A stretch of DNA of 64,000 bases, taken from the NCBI GenBank assembly GCA_002633005.1, contig NMRA01000064.1:876360-940359 (forward strand). Direction: 5' to 3'. The notes below the pieces were generated by a model. It did no database searches. It saw only the letters and a program-made list of their open reading frames with translations, and had not been told where the DNA came from. Shown in pieces: positions 50,737 to 63,640 of this stretch. A program made the position numbers and the translations under genes. The stretch is from Phoronis australis. Lineage: Eukaryota; Animalia; Phoronida. How positions within the stretch are numbered: position 1 is the stretch's first letter; each line of letters opens with the position of its first letter.

Positions 50737-51048
50737 CTTGCGTTCAACTGTGTATGCCCTGCCACCAGATTCTTACCTCCAGTCATTACAGTGTTGACAA
50801 CATTTACTAGTGTCGTCATATACAAAGCTGATACAAGAACTGTGACTGCTTCAAGTGACAAAACATTCTACATGTACAACAGCTCTGGCGACGTGAAGGT
50901 CTTTTCCAAAGCACTTGAATTCACGGTGGCGCTTAAAAAAACGCCCTGGATAGTCCGCTGTGAAAATGGACATGTTCCCTGACATTGCAAAGCTCTTTTC
51001 TAGAATAAATTCCAAGAGGTCACACAGCCGATTTTGACCTATTGACAT
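50737..51048 (-). pseudogene. Pseudogenised duplicate of PAN-FReD exon 1
   Basis: VARAVVHVECFVT*SSHSSCISFVYDDTSKCCQHCNDW...RK|gt aligns with VARAVGECSITCNSDTSCINFIYDSTSKRCRHCNEW...RK|gt; contains in-frame stops. Confidence 0.8.
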
Positions 51049-52197
51049 TTTCGCGCGCTTAATTCCTTTAGTGCTGTCGTTTCGAGTCCGCGTCAAGTAA
51101 GTTCTTCTAGGAACGATACATGTATGTGGTTGACATTTTGTTTCCCGTGACAATGACGGCTCGTCTGTTCAGCTGCACCACGTTTGAGGCACAGAAAAAA
51201 TACAGTCTTTGTTTTTGCGTGAACAACGCCACAGGACGTATACGCACAGGGTGTCCTAAAATATCACACTTGAGTAGTTCAGTGCCAGAAGTTTAAATTC
51301 AGTTACCGTGAACGTGACTGTAGATTTGCAACTGTCGCAAAGGTTGGCATCTGTTGGGTATATTGACATTGGTTATGTGTGCCCTTGGTCTCTGTGTTCG
51401 TAGCAATTCTTGGTAGCTAATAATCTCATTTCGTTAAAGGTCAAGAATTTGCAAATTTCACTTGCCTGATTATCAAAATTAGGAATCACCAATGTAACTA
51501 TTGTAGAGATCTGGATGACTTTTTCTTCATTTAGTTTTGACTGCCTATTATGCCCCCCCCCCTTGGCTGTCGCAAAAAATAAAACAGCAAGAGCGTAGGG
51601 AAATGTTGAGTTTATTAATTAACCCCGGTAATTAAAATTATACGGATGAAACAAGATTTAAATGTGTGCAGTTTTAGTGTTTGGGGGAGGGGGGGGGGGC
51701 TCAGATCCAATTTCAAGTGTCAAATTCGGAACACGGCTAATTCGTAACGGAACTGTGGCTAAGTATGGGCTCTCCCGCGATATCCCAGGCGACCGGCAGT
51801 GGCGCTGCGCACTACGACTCCGTCTCCGTCGTCTGCTCCACTGTGCAATGAACAAAATTTACTTCATTTTTTAAAGAAAATAGAACCTGAGTGACGATGA
51901 AAAGACAGAAGCTGCTGGTAAGATGTGAATTTTAATCGAAGACTTAGTGAATCACTCAGAAATTCATAATTCTCTCTTTGTCAAACCTTAACTTAAGACG
52001 ATTTCCAAAGCAATCCCGTCATAATTGCCAACACGAAAAACGGATTTGGTCTTTTGGGCATTTGAAAACTATTTTAAATACAACAAATTTGTTAAAAACC
52101 GATTGCACAAAATATAAAACGTGTAATAAGCATTACAAAAAGAAGTAGGTTTCGCGCAAACGCTGTAGACCATAAAGAAGTAGGTCTCTTAGTTTAA

Positions 52198-55100
52198 AGG
52201 AGCATGCCACCCAAAAAACAACCTAATTTGTATCAATTTAGGTCGAGTAGTTCTACTCCATAACGAAACGTGAGCATGCGTTACCTGACACCTGACGGCA
52301 GATGGAGGTGTTGAAATTATCCAATTACGTCATCGGTTTCACTGCATTCTATTCAGCAGTTTCAACACGGGTTACTGGTGTCAGCTTATCGCTTGGAATC
52401 ATCGTTTAGCACCAATAAATCATCAAACTTCGATGTAAAACCCTTAAAAATACACCGAGTTCTTACAAAACGTGTTGTTTTATTTCGCTCTTACGGATTT
52501 ATTGGTAATAGCGGATTTGCAGCGCAGACGAACTACGCATTGCGCATGTGCGAGTTACTTCCTTCGCGAAGACTCATGGGATAGCTTGTGGTCAGGCATG
52601 TCTTGAGCAGGCTGGATAGTGTGTGCATTTGGAGTGATTTGCAAACTAAAAACCATGTTTCATTTTTTGCTTTATAATACCAAGCAAGTCCTCTCTCTCG
52701 TTTGTAAACACAGCGTAGCTATGATCAGTGACCGTGTGACCGAGAGCACGACTGTCGCCGTGTTCAGTATTGGGGTTATCGGCGTTGATTTCGAAATCTC
52801 CTCCTATTTCAGACAAGTTGAGAGTTCTTAGGTTGCTTAACTTTTGTAGCTTTCGTCGTGGATATGCTAGAGACGTTAATTTTAAGTGGAAACTCCGTCG
52901 GAATGTTGTTCTCATAAGTCTTTTTTCCACCAGGAAAATGTTCGCTGCACACACGATGGCCCCTAGGCAATTACATCGCACTGGATGCCGCAGGCATTCA
53001 GGGGCGATAGTACATCCTCACAAAAAGTTATTCATTTCAAAATACAGCAAATAAAATCAAATGAACCCGGCATACATATAGGAACACGGAGTTATAATTA
53101 ACACATACCACGACTCTGGATACAATTTAGTCAGCAAAACTTGAACGAATCGATGAAAATCTCTCGCGGTTTGTTCGAGTTTCTCTCAGTCACGGTTACC
53201 GGGTGCCATTTTGAGGAAGTTACGTGAAATTACGCATGTTGACGAATAAAAAGTCCAAGGGACACACATCTTACAAGTTTCACCCGATACCTTCTCATGC
53301 TATTTTACAAGTGTCGCGCGCTAGCGTCACGCGCTTCGCTCAGTCTCGCGCTAACCTTGCGCCTACTCCTCACGGGATTCAGTTGACATGCTTTGTGGTT
53401 ATCGCGCACGCGGTGATAAAATTAACGGCAACCAAAATAATGGAGTTGTAATTCTTCGCCAAAGTCAACTTAATTCTCACAACTAAGCTTCATTAAAGAT
53501 ATGTATAGAAGTAGAAAGGACCAATGATGAAAGTAAGCGTTTTTTAAATGATAGTTTTAAGTGTAGATTGTATTTTTGACGAGGTGAAAACTCGAAATCG
53601 GTAACCCAAATCCGGTCACGGCCCGTTTAAAATACACTGGAGTAACGAAATGAGTACAGAAAGCGAATGGAAGTATTGTAGCCCCTACATGGCCAACCGA
53701 GGGGCTACGTGTTGCCTACTATAGATGGCCCCGCGTTCGTTTAATGCGCTAAATTTCCCCTTACTCCCAGGTCTCCTAATGTTGTTTATTCATTTTTCAC
53801 GAAGTTCTTGGTTTGCAGGGAACACATACAAACTCAGATTTTTATCTCTCTTGTTGTTTTTGAAGCAGCCAGGAACACAACAAGTGTATACGCTGTAAGT
53901 TTTCTTCGCGCTCATACCGCGTTTTATGCTTGTTACTATGGCCGCTTTCGGAATCCTGACCACAGCACCCACAATGCACCATTTTAACCTAATTTCAATA
54001 TGGCGTCGCTGCAAATCCGCTATTGGACACACCGTAGCCTACTAAGTTCGGCAGGCCAATGACTGTCCGTAGCAGGAGTTTGGGGTGTGTTCGGAGATAA
54101 TTTCCGTGAGATACAGACAGGAGAACCTAGATCTGTGTTGTTTAGACTTGTGATTTTCTGAGTTCTAAACACAAAACGCTTATTATCCTGGCCAGTGGCT
54201 CGAAGCCCGATCAGGCCGTCGCGGCGCCGGCCGGATTCAGGTTGACTCGTTATCCCGGCCAGTGGCTCGGAAACTGATCAGACATCACGAGCAAACCAGC
54301 CAAAGTTCAGTGGAAACTAAACTTCCAGTCAAGAAAATACTATACTAGTGAGCCAAAGTAATGTGCACGTGATTATGTTAGTGAATTAGCCACGAAACTG
54401 CAAATCTACTTACTCGTCGGAGGCCGCGAATCAGTTCCGCTTTGGCCACTGACAGCACCGCCAGGGCAGAGGTTGTACATTGACAATCATTATTTGAGTA
54501 ATGCAAATGTAAATAAAGATTCCCCTAACACCTGTGGTCGTGGGGTGGAAATCGAGTTGTTTTGCAACAGTTTCTGCCAGCAAACACTAAATTAGCATGA
54601 GCTCACACGGCCTCGGGCGGTGTCCCGTCAATTAGTTTTATTGCACCTAAAGCTGGCTTCTCAAATCATTTCGTGCACTCACGAACACTCCAAAGGCATT
54701 ACAAATCTAATGAGACAGACTTTGTTTGAGTTTTATATAAGTACTGGTTAGGGTGAGAATAATTCATTTTGAAACAGAACGCTCAGTAATAAACGCCAAC
54801 GGAGTGGCAACTCGCAATCCCGACTTAGAACAAGCTAGAGCCCCGGGCTCATCAATCCCGACTTCGCAGGTGGATCGTTAAGTTTTACAGGCTATCGATT
54901 CGAACAGGAATACAGTGATGAAGAAATACTAGAGAGGCGCCGTGAACAAGCTCAGAACGGAACGTATGGAGTTATTTGGTAAGCCGGCATTCGTGAGGCA
55001 CTGTCGACGTCGTCTGCAGGCCACAGACACGGAGATGTTTCACGGCCTCATACTTGCTATTTACAGCGTACATTTCATTCTTCACTACCATGAGCCACTT

Positions 55101-55373
55101 TCTAAGAATTTTGGACTCTCGAGGAAGTAAAAAAAAAAAGATATACTCGCTTTCCTCGCGGCTGCTTAGTTCGGACAAGCGGAAACGATATACCGCAACA
55201 TAGCGGCATTCACTCTGCTTATGAACCACTGACGTCGCTAGCGTCGTTTCTCACCTTCCTCACAGGTTAACGCGACACCTCTTGGCAAGGAAAGGTCCAC
55301 CGTATGCGAGGCGATGTAGAAATAGACCGATTAAGAGGGCAAAAAGACTAATTAAATCGGGTGGCATTCGCCT
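52198..55373 (-). mobile_element. Kolobok-type family A, copy 3, with a nested insertion
   Basis: TTAA|AGGAGCATGCCAC...GTGGCATTCGCCT|TTAA; colinear with copy 1 apart from 52510-54021. Confidence 0.85.
52510..54021 (-). mobile_element. ISL2EU-like non-autonomous element nested in Kolobok copy 3
   Basis: AT|AGCGGATTTGCAGCG...CGCTGCAAATCCGCT|AT; THAP start [33 protein letters not shown] at 53915; absent from copy 1. Confidence 0.8.
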
Positions 55374-55381
55374 TTAAGACT

Positions 55382-55465
55382 AGTAGCTAAATCATTGTCG
55401 TGTACTGGTGAAGCACGCGCGCTCTATCCGCCAGGTCGTGAGTTCGAGTCTGTGGTACTGGCAGT
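55382..55465 (+). mobile_element. Degenerate tRNA-SINE head
   Basis: B-box GAGTTCGAGTC preceded by tggtgaagcac. Confidence 0.3.
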
Positions 55466-55929
55466 TTTTCACGTTTGACACGTTCTCCGTTTTTTTGCCT
55501 TTTTTCTTGGATAATACTTCAGGAATCAAGGAAAATGCTTGATTTTTATAGGAAAAAACAGAAAAATTTAGTGGGTGCTATGCGCATCTACAATCGTGGT
55601 TTCAGCAAATACTTACAGCCGGACAAAATGTTGGTCCCCCCTTGTGATATCCTAGATCCGCCTCTGTTATGACCGAATATTTGCTCAGGTTTGTTGGGAG
55701 GATCTAGATGATGGAATACGAAAGGACATCCCGCTACTGTCTATCACTTTAACTCGAATACCCCCCGGAATAGGTTACAATATACCCAAGTGAACTCTAA
55801 CCAGTCAACAGGTTAACTATAAACAGATTCCATTACGGAAACAGCCGAATTCCTGGGTGAGCGCTATAATGAATTCACGCCATTACATACATGTCCGATA
55901 AACTTGCCATCTCAGCTGGTGTGCCTGAT

Positions 55930-58831
55930 TGTGTTGTTTATTTGATTATAGGAAGACTTTTTAAAAAAAAATTGAGTACCATTATTCCAGTGTTAAGCAC
56001 AAAATCAGTGGATAACTATTTCATTGCCTTTGCTGGGCTTGTGAACCTACGTAATGATCTGATCAGAGATCAACTCTTTGGAAGTGACTAACGGTGTCTT
56101 CGTTTATTGCCCATTCCAAGTGCGCTGTGTTTTATAATGGTGAAAGTTAATATTCCCTTTGAAAAGTTGCAATTCAAACCACAGGAATATATGGAGCAAC
56201 GCATGGTTCAAATATTATAAGCTTGGAAAAACATTTGGGAGTACTCCAAGCATTGAAATCAGTAAATTCTTTACAAGAGCCTTAACTTCATCTAACAGGT
56301 GTTCAAGAAATTTATGAAAGTAATCAGTAGGTAACCGTGCAACAGTTTGATCAACATAACTTATTCAATGTACATCTACGTTATAGTCATTGCCAGCTCT
56401 GTACAAAATTAGTTTTCCTTTCTCAAAAGTCCATTGCAAAACATGGTTATTTTTGCATTTGACATCAGCAGCATCATTGTTAAACACATCATATTTATTT
56501 GATGATACGAGCTAATGTAAGGTAGACCATGAATAGGAACTTGGCATTGTTGAACACAACATCATATTTATTTGATGATATCAAGTAATGCAAGGCAGAC
56601 CATGAATAGGAACTTGGAATTGTTGAACACAACATCATATTTATTTGATGATATCAAGTAATGCAAGGCAGACCATGAATAGGAACTTGGCATTGTTGAA
56701 CACAACATCATATTTATTTGATGATATCAAGTAATGCAAGGCAGACCATGAATAGGAACTTGGCATTGTTGAACACAACATCATATTTATTTGAGGATAT
56801 CAAGTAATGCAAGGCAGACCATAAATAGGAACTTGGCATTGTTGAACAGCACATCATATTTATTTGATGATACCAAGTAATGTAAGATAGGAACTTGGCA
56901 TTTTATTTACAACAATGCACTTCCCGTTTAGACTTCCATGAGTGCTTGCTGCTAACCTGCTTTCTGAAGGGGCAAATGAAAGCCCAGCTTGTGAAGTAGT
57001 AAATGACTTGCTGAGGCAGTAGAATGCTTTCACGTTGTTCAGACTCTCCTACTTTGGAAAATAGTTGCGTGTAAAACTAGGATGGAAGCCAAAAAATTCA
57101 TGGCGCTGGTGGTTACCTTCACAGGGACTTGATGTGGAAGACTTTTCCTGCAGTCCTTCCACCAGTCAGAATCACTTTACTGAACAGTAGTGGCAGTGCA
57201 AGGACTCTTAATTTTTCATCTCAATATCTGCTTTTATCGTAAAACGTTTTACACTTTCCACATTCCAGTGTTCAATCATGACACAAATGTGTATCTATTG
57301 TAATATATAATGACCATCTACTGAATGCTGTGCCTTTTTACTGAATGAAGGAAGCCAAGTTAGAATGATTTGTTACAATGTTCTTATGTTCCTGGAATGC
57401 CTGTTGAAATGAAAACATAGGCACATTCGGTCTAGCCCTGGCATCGCAGTTTTCAACAATATCGTGCTGTAACTTTGGGTTTTTGACAGCTATTTTATTA
57501 AGAACTTTAGGCTCTGTACTTCGCTTAGTTCCTTTGATCCAGTTTGCAGACATGTCAGTGCAGCTAGTGCCCGTCATACCCATTCTGAAAGTGTATTTAT
57601 TTTTTCACAAGACAGCGCCAATGTAACTGTATGTCTTTCCTAAACCAGTCATGCATTTGTAATTGAAAGACAGCATTTCACAACGACCATTCAATGCTTT
57701 TAATACGCAAACCGAGTTCCACTCATTCTTGATGTTCTGACATGGCCTTGCATTACACTTACTAATCACAGTGTCGTTTTAAAAATTATGGTGTAAAATC
57801 TAGTCAATGCAGCCTCCGGAAGTAATTGAATTGTTTAAAACTTTTAAAGTTTTTCACTGACTGTTCATTCAAACAATTTAAATGTCACCATACATAACAT
57901 TTGACCACTCACGAATATTGTCTTTCCATCGTAAAATGCCCTTAAATTTCAATGCTTTAGATGATATTTTTTCAATGCATCGATGCAGATTGTGGGTTAT
58001 GTTGAAAATTAACAGTGGTTTGAGAAATCACTCTGATTGATGTATTAAGAACTTCTGGCAGCAACTGTGAGAACATGAACTTATTAGCAAAGAGGTAAAA
58101 TACAGTAGACTAATCAAATTGCTTGCCAAATTATAAACTGACCAAACAGGGAGTGGATTGAACTGAAATATTTACCATCATGAGATCAGAGTTAGACAAT
58201 AGGGCTAGGTGCCAAAAATGTGAGATTGAACTTCACTGGTAGGTATGCTAAACACAAAGCAATGTACTTAAGACAGACATCTATAGAAGACAAGGACACA
58301 TATCTTAAAGAAATCAACGAAGAGATGTATACTTTAGAGTGCCAAATAGTTACATTCATAAAAAGTCACAGCTGGTTTTATTAGTGAAATCATCTGAATA
58401 TGGGTATAACCAGGACTCAGGACACTAATGTTGTTGTGCAAACGAAGTCGGTGAAGAAACCTCCAGGTCAGATAGTATACAAATCAAAATCAAAATAATA
58501 TGACAAATGATGGAGTAGCTACATTTGAAATAATGAAACCCTAGGGTAGAATAATAAACAAACAACAGCTTCATGCCACATCACATATTATTAAAGACCT
58601 GGTCGCAAAATGCCCATGTGGTTCCAGTATCCGAAAATACTTATTTTCAACACCCTTCTCATATTCTTTTCGCCTTTCTTGCCAAAAGCTATTTTTAACC
58701 GTATTTGACCCTTCTCTGTGAGCGTGTAATTACCGGCTTTCATCGGTTATTTTCGTACCCACATTTCCGGCTCATCAGTTCAGGAACTTGTCCTGAACAC
58801 CGCCATTTTTCCTTGTAACTGAATGTGCTAT
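55930..58831. mobile_element. Decayed autonomous-type ISL2EU element: plus-strand transposase tail converging on a minus-strand SWIM+YqaJ exonuclease gene
   Basis: Plus strand: IGRL..KLSTIIP...VDNYFIAFAGLVNL (DDE_Tnp_4 C-terminus-like). Minus strand: KCMTGLGKTYSYIGAVL...SCTDMSANW (SWIM), GL...RLAASTHG..IV plus frameshifted IKCP, and QITMFCNG-like (YqaJ). Confidence 0.65.
56472..56902. repeat. Tandem repeat, 73-bp unit, about 6 copies
   Basis: aacacaacatcatatttatttgatgatatcaagtaatgcaaggcagaccatgaataggaacttggcattgttg at 56553, 56626, 56699 and onward. Confidence 0.95.
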
Positions 58832-59181
58832 CGCTTGCTCGAAAAGTCTTCATTATTTTTTTATTAGTAATATCTCGTGATTCGTTTGCATATGTAGTGT
58901 ATTTATAGTTTGTAGTTAATGGTCGTTGAATTTTTTGGAATGTTACGCGTACTTATTATGTTAAAATAACATTGGTGTTTAGTTCCTTACGTAGGCCGGT
59001 CGAACCAAGGAACCAATATGCCTATGGGTCGAACCAATTTTTTTCGTTTCGATTTTTCTTCTCGTTTTGAAAAAGTACTTTGATATCATTGGAAAATTCT
59101 GGTGTAAGGAAACACTATTCGGTCACCACGGTAATACTTACATGTAAGTCCACTTTCATAACATGTAAACTTTTGCTGTTG

Positions 59182-59429
59182 CATGCGCGCACCCAGGAGG
59201 GGGGGGGCTCGGGGGGCTCGAACATTTGGCGAAGTGGGCAAAAATGTCCGCCCCCGAGAGACAAAAAGCCGGAGAAAATGGGTCAAAAGTTCACTAAAGA
59301 AGCGCAAACGCGCAATTCACATTGGTGCTCCTGTCTTTATTTTTTTTAGTCCGCCGACTCTTTTTTTTAGCAAAAGCACCACATCGCCGGGAATTCGAGC
59401 CCCCATATTGAAGGCTGGGTGCGTGCATG
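59182..59429. mobile_element. MITE, CATGCGCGCACCCAG family, copy 2
   Basis: TIR CATGCGCGCACCCAG / CTGGGTGCGTGCATG. Confidence 0.7.
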
Positions 59430-60159
59430 TATTGAATAGTGTTTGTAATGCTAAATGTTGTAAAGTATTGTACAGTTTAAGTTACTTATTATGTTAAAAG
59501 TTTGAATCATTTTGGGTTAATGAATAAAAATTGTATTGGACTTGTCATACTTATGTGCTCGAACGAGCCCCCTATTTGGAGAAATGGAAAATGGTCTGCC
59601 TCAGTCAGAGAAGCACGAATTCCGAAAAATTAGAAAATAAGACAATATTCCACTAGAAGACAGGAAGTACCAAAATTTAGCATCTGCAATTCATAGCTCT
59701 GAACATACCCAGTGAATCTTATAGTAAAAGATAGACATTCCCAAAAATTCCTGGTAGCTGGCACTGAGGCTAGCTAAGGTGTGCCGCGGTAGTGTGACAC
59801 AGGACTAACCAGCCCGTATTTTTATGCAAGTGTCTGAAACTATCTTTGAATATATGCTGCATTTATGATTTGAACATTTTACTTCGACAAAACAGCTCGC
59901 AACCGCATGCATCAACCGTTCGCCAGTGTCTGGTCTCGATCGGCACCGGGTCCGATACGCTGCGGTCCCGAGTCTGGCAAAATAATTTCTGTCAAAATTT
60001 ATTCGCCACATTTCTTCAGCGTACGTAAGGGTATAGAGATTGAATTTAAAAATGAGACGTGGAACGTATTTCAAACTTGTAAGCAACGAAAACAACAACA
60101 TCTATCAACAACAAACAACGAATAGCAACTGGAGGTAGAATGGTGAATGTTGGCCAAAT

Positions 60160-60727
60160 CCCCTTTTGTCCACTGACGTCACTAGCATACTGACGCCCCC
60201 AGTGGAGGCCCTGAGAACTCGTAAACAAGCATGCTGGCGACTGATGATTTTCCGGAGTCGCTATGTTTTAGTGTGTTTTTTAAATAATGTTGCATGTCAT
60301 ACCTATCAGAAAATTAATATTGTTCCAATAAATTAAGAAAATTGGTATATTCATTCTCACGATCCTGCAACACCATCCAAATGTTCTTCTGTGTTACCAG
60401 AGACCGTAGCGTCTTTGGTGTTACACACGGCAAAGCCAAAGATTTATCCCCACGCGAAATAGCCTCGTTGACGCTCGACTAAAAGGAATCTTTCAATCAT
60501 AATTAATTGATACTATATACCATTCATTATTATATACCATGCATTATGTTTTTAGAAAAAAAACGATACTCAACGTCCCACAATAAATACAAGTCTGTTC
60601 GCCACCTTGGCTCGGTCGTTGCCAGGCTGGATATTACCGGGTTCATGAACTCGGTTTATTTACGATGAGTTCTCAGGATCTCCACCGGGGGCGCCAGTAT
60701 GCTTGTGACGTCAGTGGAGAAAAGGGG
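60160..60727. mobile_element. MITE with ~65-bp imperfect TIRs
   Basis: ccccttttgtccactgacgtcactagcatactgacgccccc... matches the reverse complement of ...gggggcgccagtatgcttgtgacgtcagtggagaaaagggg. Confidence 0.75.
60398..60417. mobile_element. P-element-like remnant or footprint (20 bp)
   Basis: gtgttac|CAGAGACCGTAGCGTCTTTG|gtgttac. Confidence 0.5.
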
Positions 60728-60949
60728 CACGCGCGAGTGACCATGTTGTATAAAATACTGTGTGCAGCTTTTTGCTTCTATGTACGTTTTTGATGTCATT
60801 TCATTGAAACAACCTTGCTAGATTTTTAATTGTGTGTCCCAGATTTTGAGTGACGTTATTGTTTGATGTCTTCTGAGAATTGGATACCCTGCGGAATGAT
60901 TCCCAAGTCGCAAGCGATGAAAACCCTTCTCATTCGTAGGCATGTCAAA

Positions 60950-61760
60950 GCCCCAGAGGCAATATTAGCTGATTTAGAAAATCGCCCACGCCGAGATAAT
61001 CTAATATTTCATGGCCTGCCTGAGGACAAAAGGGGCGGGACGTGGGACCAATCGGAACGCAAAGTATTAGATTTAAGAGAGGGGGGCTAGGTAGGGAGGA
61101 AGGGGGAGGGATAGAGGGACGGACGGAGAGAGAGAGAGATACAATGCAAGTGTATTTAAAGTGTAAAACACAGAGACTATTGATACAAGGGAAACCGCAC
61201 GGTTAGAAATGGGTATGACGAAGATGTTAGGCGGGTGATCACGGTTACTTCAATTAGAACATGCATAACAATGTGGAACGTTACACTGAGAGCTGTAAGA
61301 GCTTTTAATTGCATATTGAAATATGCATTACAAAGAGAACCCATGTAAACTATGCGTGTCGATTTTGTCTGTTACATATTTTGGAAGGATACAGTTGTTT
61401 ACTTGAGTCGGTATTTTGAACATTAATGAATTTTCACAGTTTTTTATAGGATGAGTAACTGAATGACCATAATGAGATCCAAGAAACATCCATTTATCGA
61501 GCCCATCGTCTAGGACGCAAATCCCCCCATAAACATCGGCTGATCGTCGCAAAGATGAGATCTAAGGACAAGCAGAAAATCCTACAGATCAGGATAAACA
61601 TTCGCAACCCCGTTCTAAATGTTACGTAGGGCTTTAGCCAAAGTAAAAAGGATTAGAAAACGGCTTTTTGAATTTTCTTGAAAAATATGACTAACGCAAC
61701 GATCAATTAGCAAAAACTGCTCTACGATGGTCAAGTGTATGTTTGCAGTGAAGATTCGGA
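60950..61760 (+). pseudogene. LINE ORF1-like remnant
   Basis: LADLENRPRRDNLIFHGLPE...TWDQSERKV, and later IVAK...KDKQKIL. Confidence 0.6.
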
Positions 61761-62089
61761 TCAGGCGTATGCCTGTGTAACTGCGACGAACGCTTAAGTT
61801 TTTTAAGGTGATATTTATTTATTGAAGAATACACAGAACATACAAAGAAATGCTGGCAAACCCAGAAATCGCGAAGCCTTATATCTGAGTTGTAGACAAT
61901 TCATAAGTGAAAGTAATATACATAGAGGTATATACATTTAAGTAGTATCTATTATAAGTATTCCAATATTTAGATATGCTATTACGAACATATAAAAACA
62001 AAAGCAAAACATGTACAGATACATGTATGGAAATCAGAAGCAACAATATTTATAAGCGATACATAAAAATTTCCTAATGTTGCTTAAGA

Positions 62090-63640
62090 GGAATTCATTG
62101 AGAACAAGTCAAAGTTAGGACTACCGTTCAATAATAATGTAACTCTAGTAGGGATATCATTACAAGAATTGAGAACCTTTACAATTGATTGGTTTTCATT
62201 GAGTGCACGAAAGAGTGAGTCTCTCAGGTATTCGATGAGGGGACATTTGAAGAAAACATAAGGATAAGATTGATGGTCACCACCTTCTTTACAGTTTGGA
62301 GAGACATTACTAAAGTTGTGCCTAAACTTGTCGGAGCTGAGGAAAAGACCGCATCGTGATCTGTACCATGCTACTTTGTTTTTGCGGGGAAGGGGGAATT
62401 GAGTCAGGCTGTTGAGTTATCAAAATTATGTAAAAAAGCTCTAAATTTATTTTTATACCCATAAAAGAGTTACTTTCCTTAACAGAGACTGGTAGAGAAT
62501 TTCAGTTGTTGATGCACATCATAATTATAGACTTTCTGAATGCCTGACTGAACAACGGAAAAATTACATATGAGATGGAGGATGTTAAACCATTACGATG
62601 GCCTTGTCTAGTGTATAGATGAAATATTTTTGGACAGAAGCTTTGTTGACATTGCTTATTACTTTGAAAGTAAATGTGGTCACGTGAAGGTTGCGTCGAG
62701 TAGACAGCTTGGGCCTCTTGAGACTATTCAAAACCTTTACACTATTGGATCCCCTGTAAGCTCCAGTTATGAGTAAGGCAGCTTGATACTGTAATTTCTG
62801 CAAATGCTGGAGTGCACCAGTATTGGAAGACTGATATATAATATCACTGTGACAATAATCGACATGTGGAAGTATGAAGGATTTGAAGAGAACTTCTTCA
62901 TGTGTAGAATTCAGATGACGAGGGACAAGCTTAAGTGGCTTAATTAGTTTCTGAATTTTTTACGAGCTCCCAAACGTGATGTGTGAATAAGAGTTTTTCA
63001 TGTAACAGTATACCAAGATGTTTGTGCGACTGTTTTCTAGGAATGATTTCATAATTAAATTTAAGACCATAAGACGGGTCAACAAGAAAGAGAGCATCAA
63101 TAGATTCGGAGAAGGTGAGGTCAGCGCTTTTTTCTGGCCCAATACGCTTCCCTGCGGAGGGGATAAAGTTGGAAGAACGCCGTCCACACGAACAGTGTAT
63201 GTACGAACGGAGGGATATGAGGTGATCATGTTTAAAAGATTTTCAGTAATGCCATAGGATCGAAGTTTGTGGAGTAGAAGATCGGGAGGGACACAGTCGA
63301 AAGCAGAGGCTACATCTAGAAAAATGGACCTTCTCAAAATGTAAATGAATCTCATGTACTATTCCAACAAGTTGTGCCACGGTGATGTTCCCACGCAAAA
63401 AAAACAAATTGACGATGATAGATTAAGTTGTTTTGTTTGAGAAATATAAGAATACTTTGAGCAATGATCTTCTCGAAAATTTTAGATAGGGTGTTAAGTA
63501 AAGTTATTGGGCGGTAATTTGAAAGTTTTGGAGTCTTTTTTGTATAGGGACCATAATTCCATGTTTCCAAGAAGACGGATGTATACCTAGCTGAAGAAGT
63601 TTGTTTAAAAGATTGGTTAAATCCCAACTTCAACGAAATT
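62090..63640 (-). pseudogene. Decayed LINE (CR1/L2 clade) reverse transcriptase
   Basis: NYRPITLLNTLSKIFEKII, IFLDVASAFDCVP..LLLHKLRSYGI, PQGSVLG, QKLQYQAALLITGA. Confidence 0.85.

Noticed and set aside
56472-56902. Possible CRISPR-like array
   Set aside because: Head-to-tail units with no unique spacers, no cas genes and a eukaryotic context; the same applies to the other tandem arrays.
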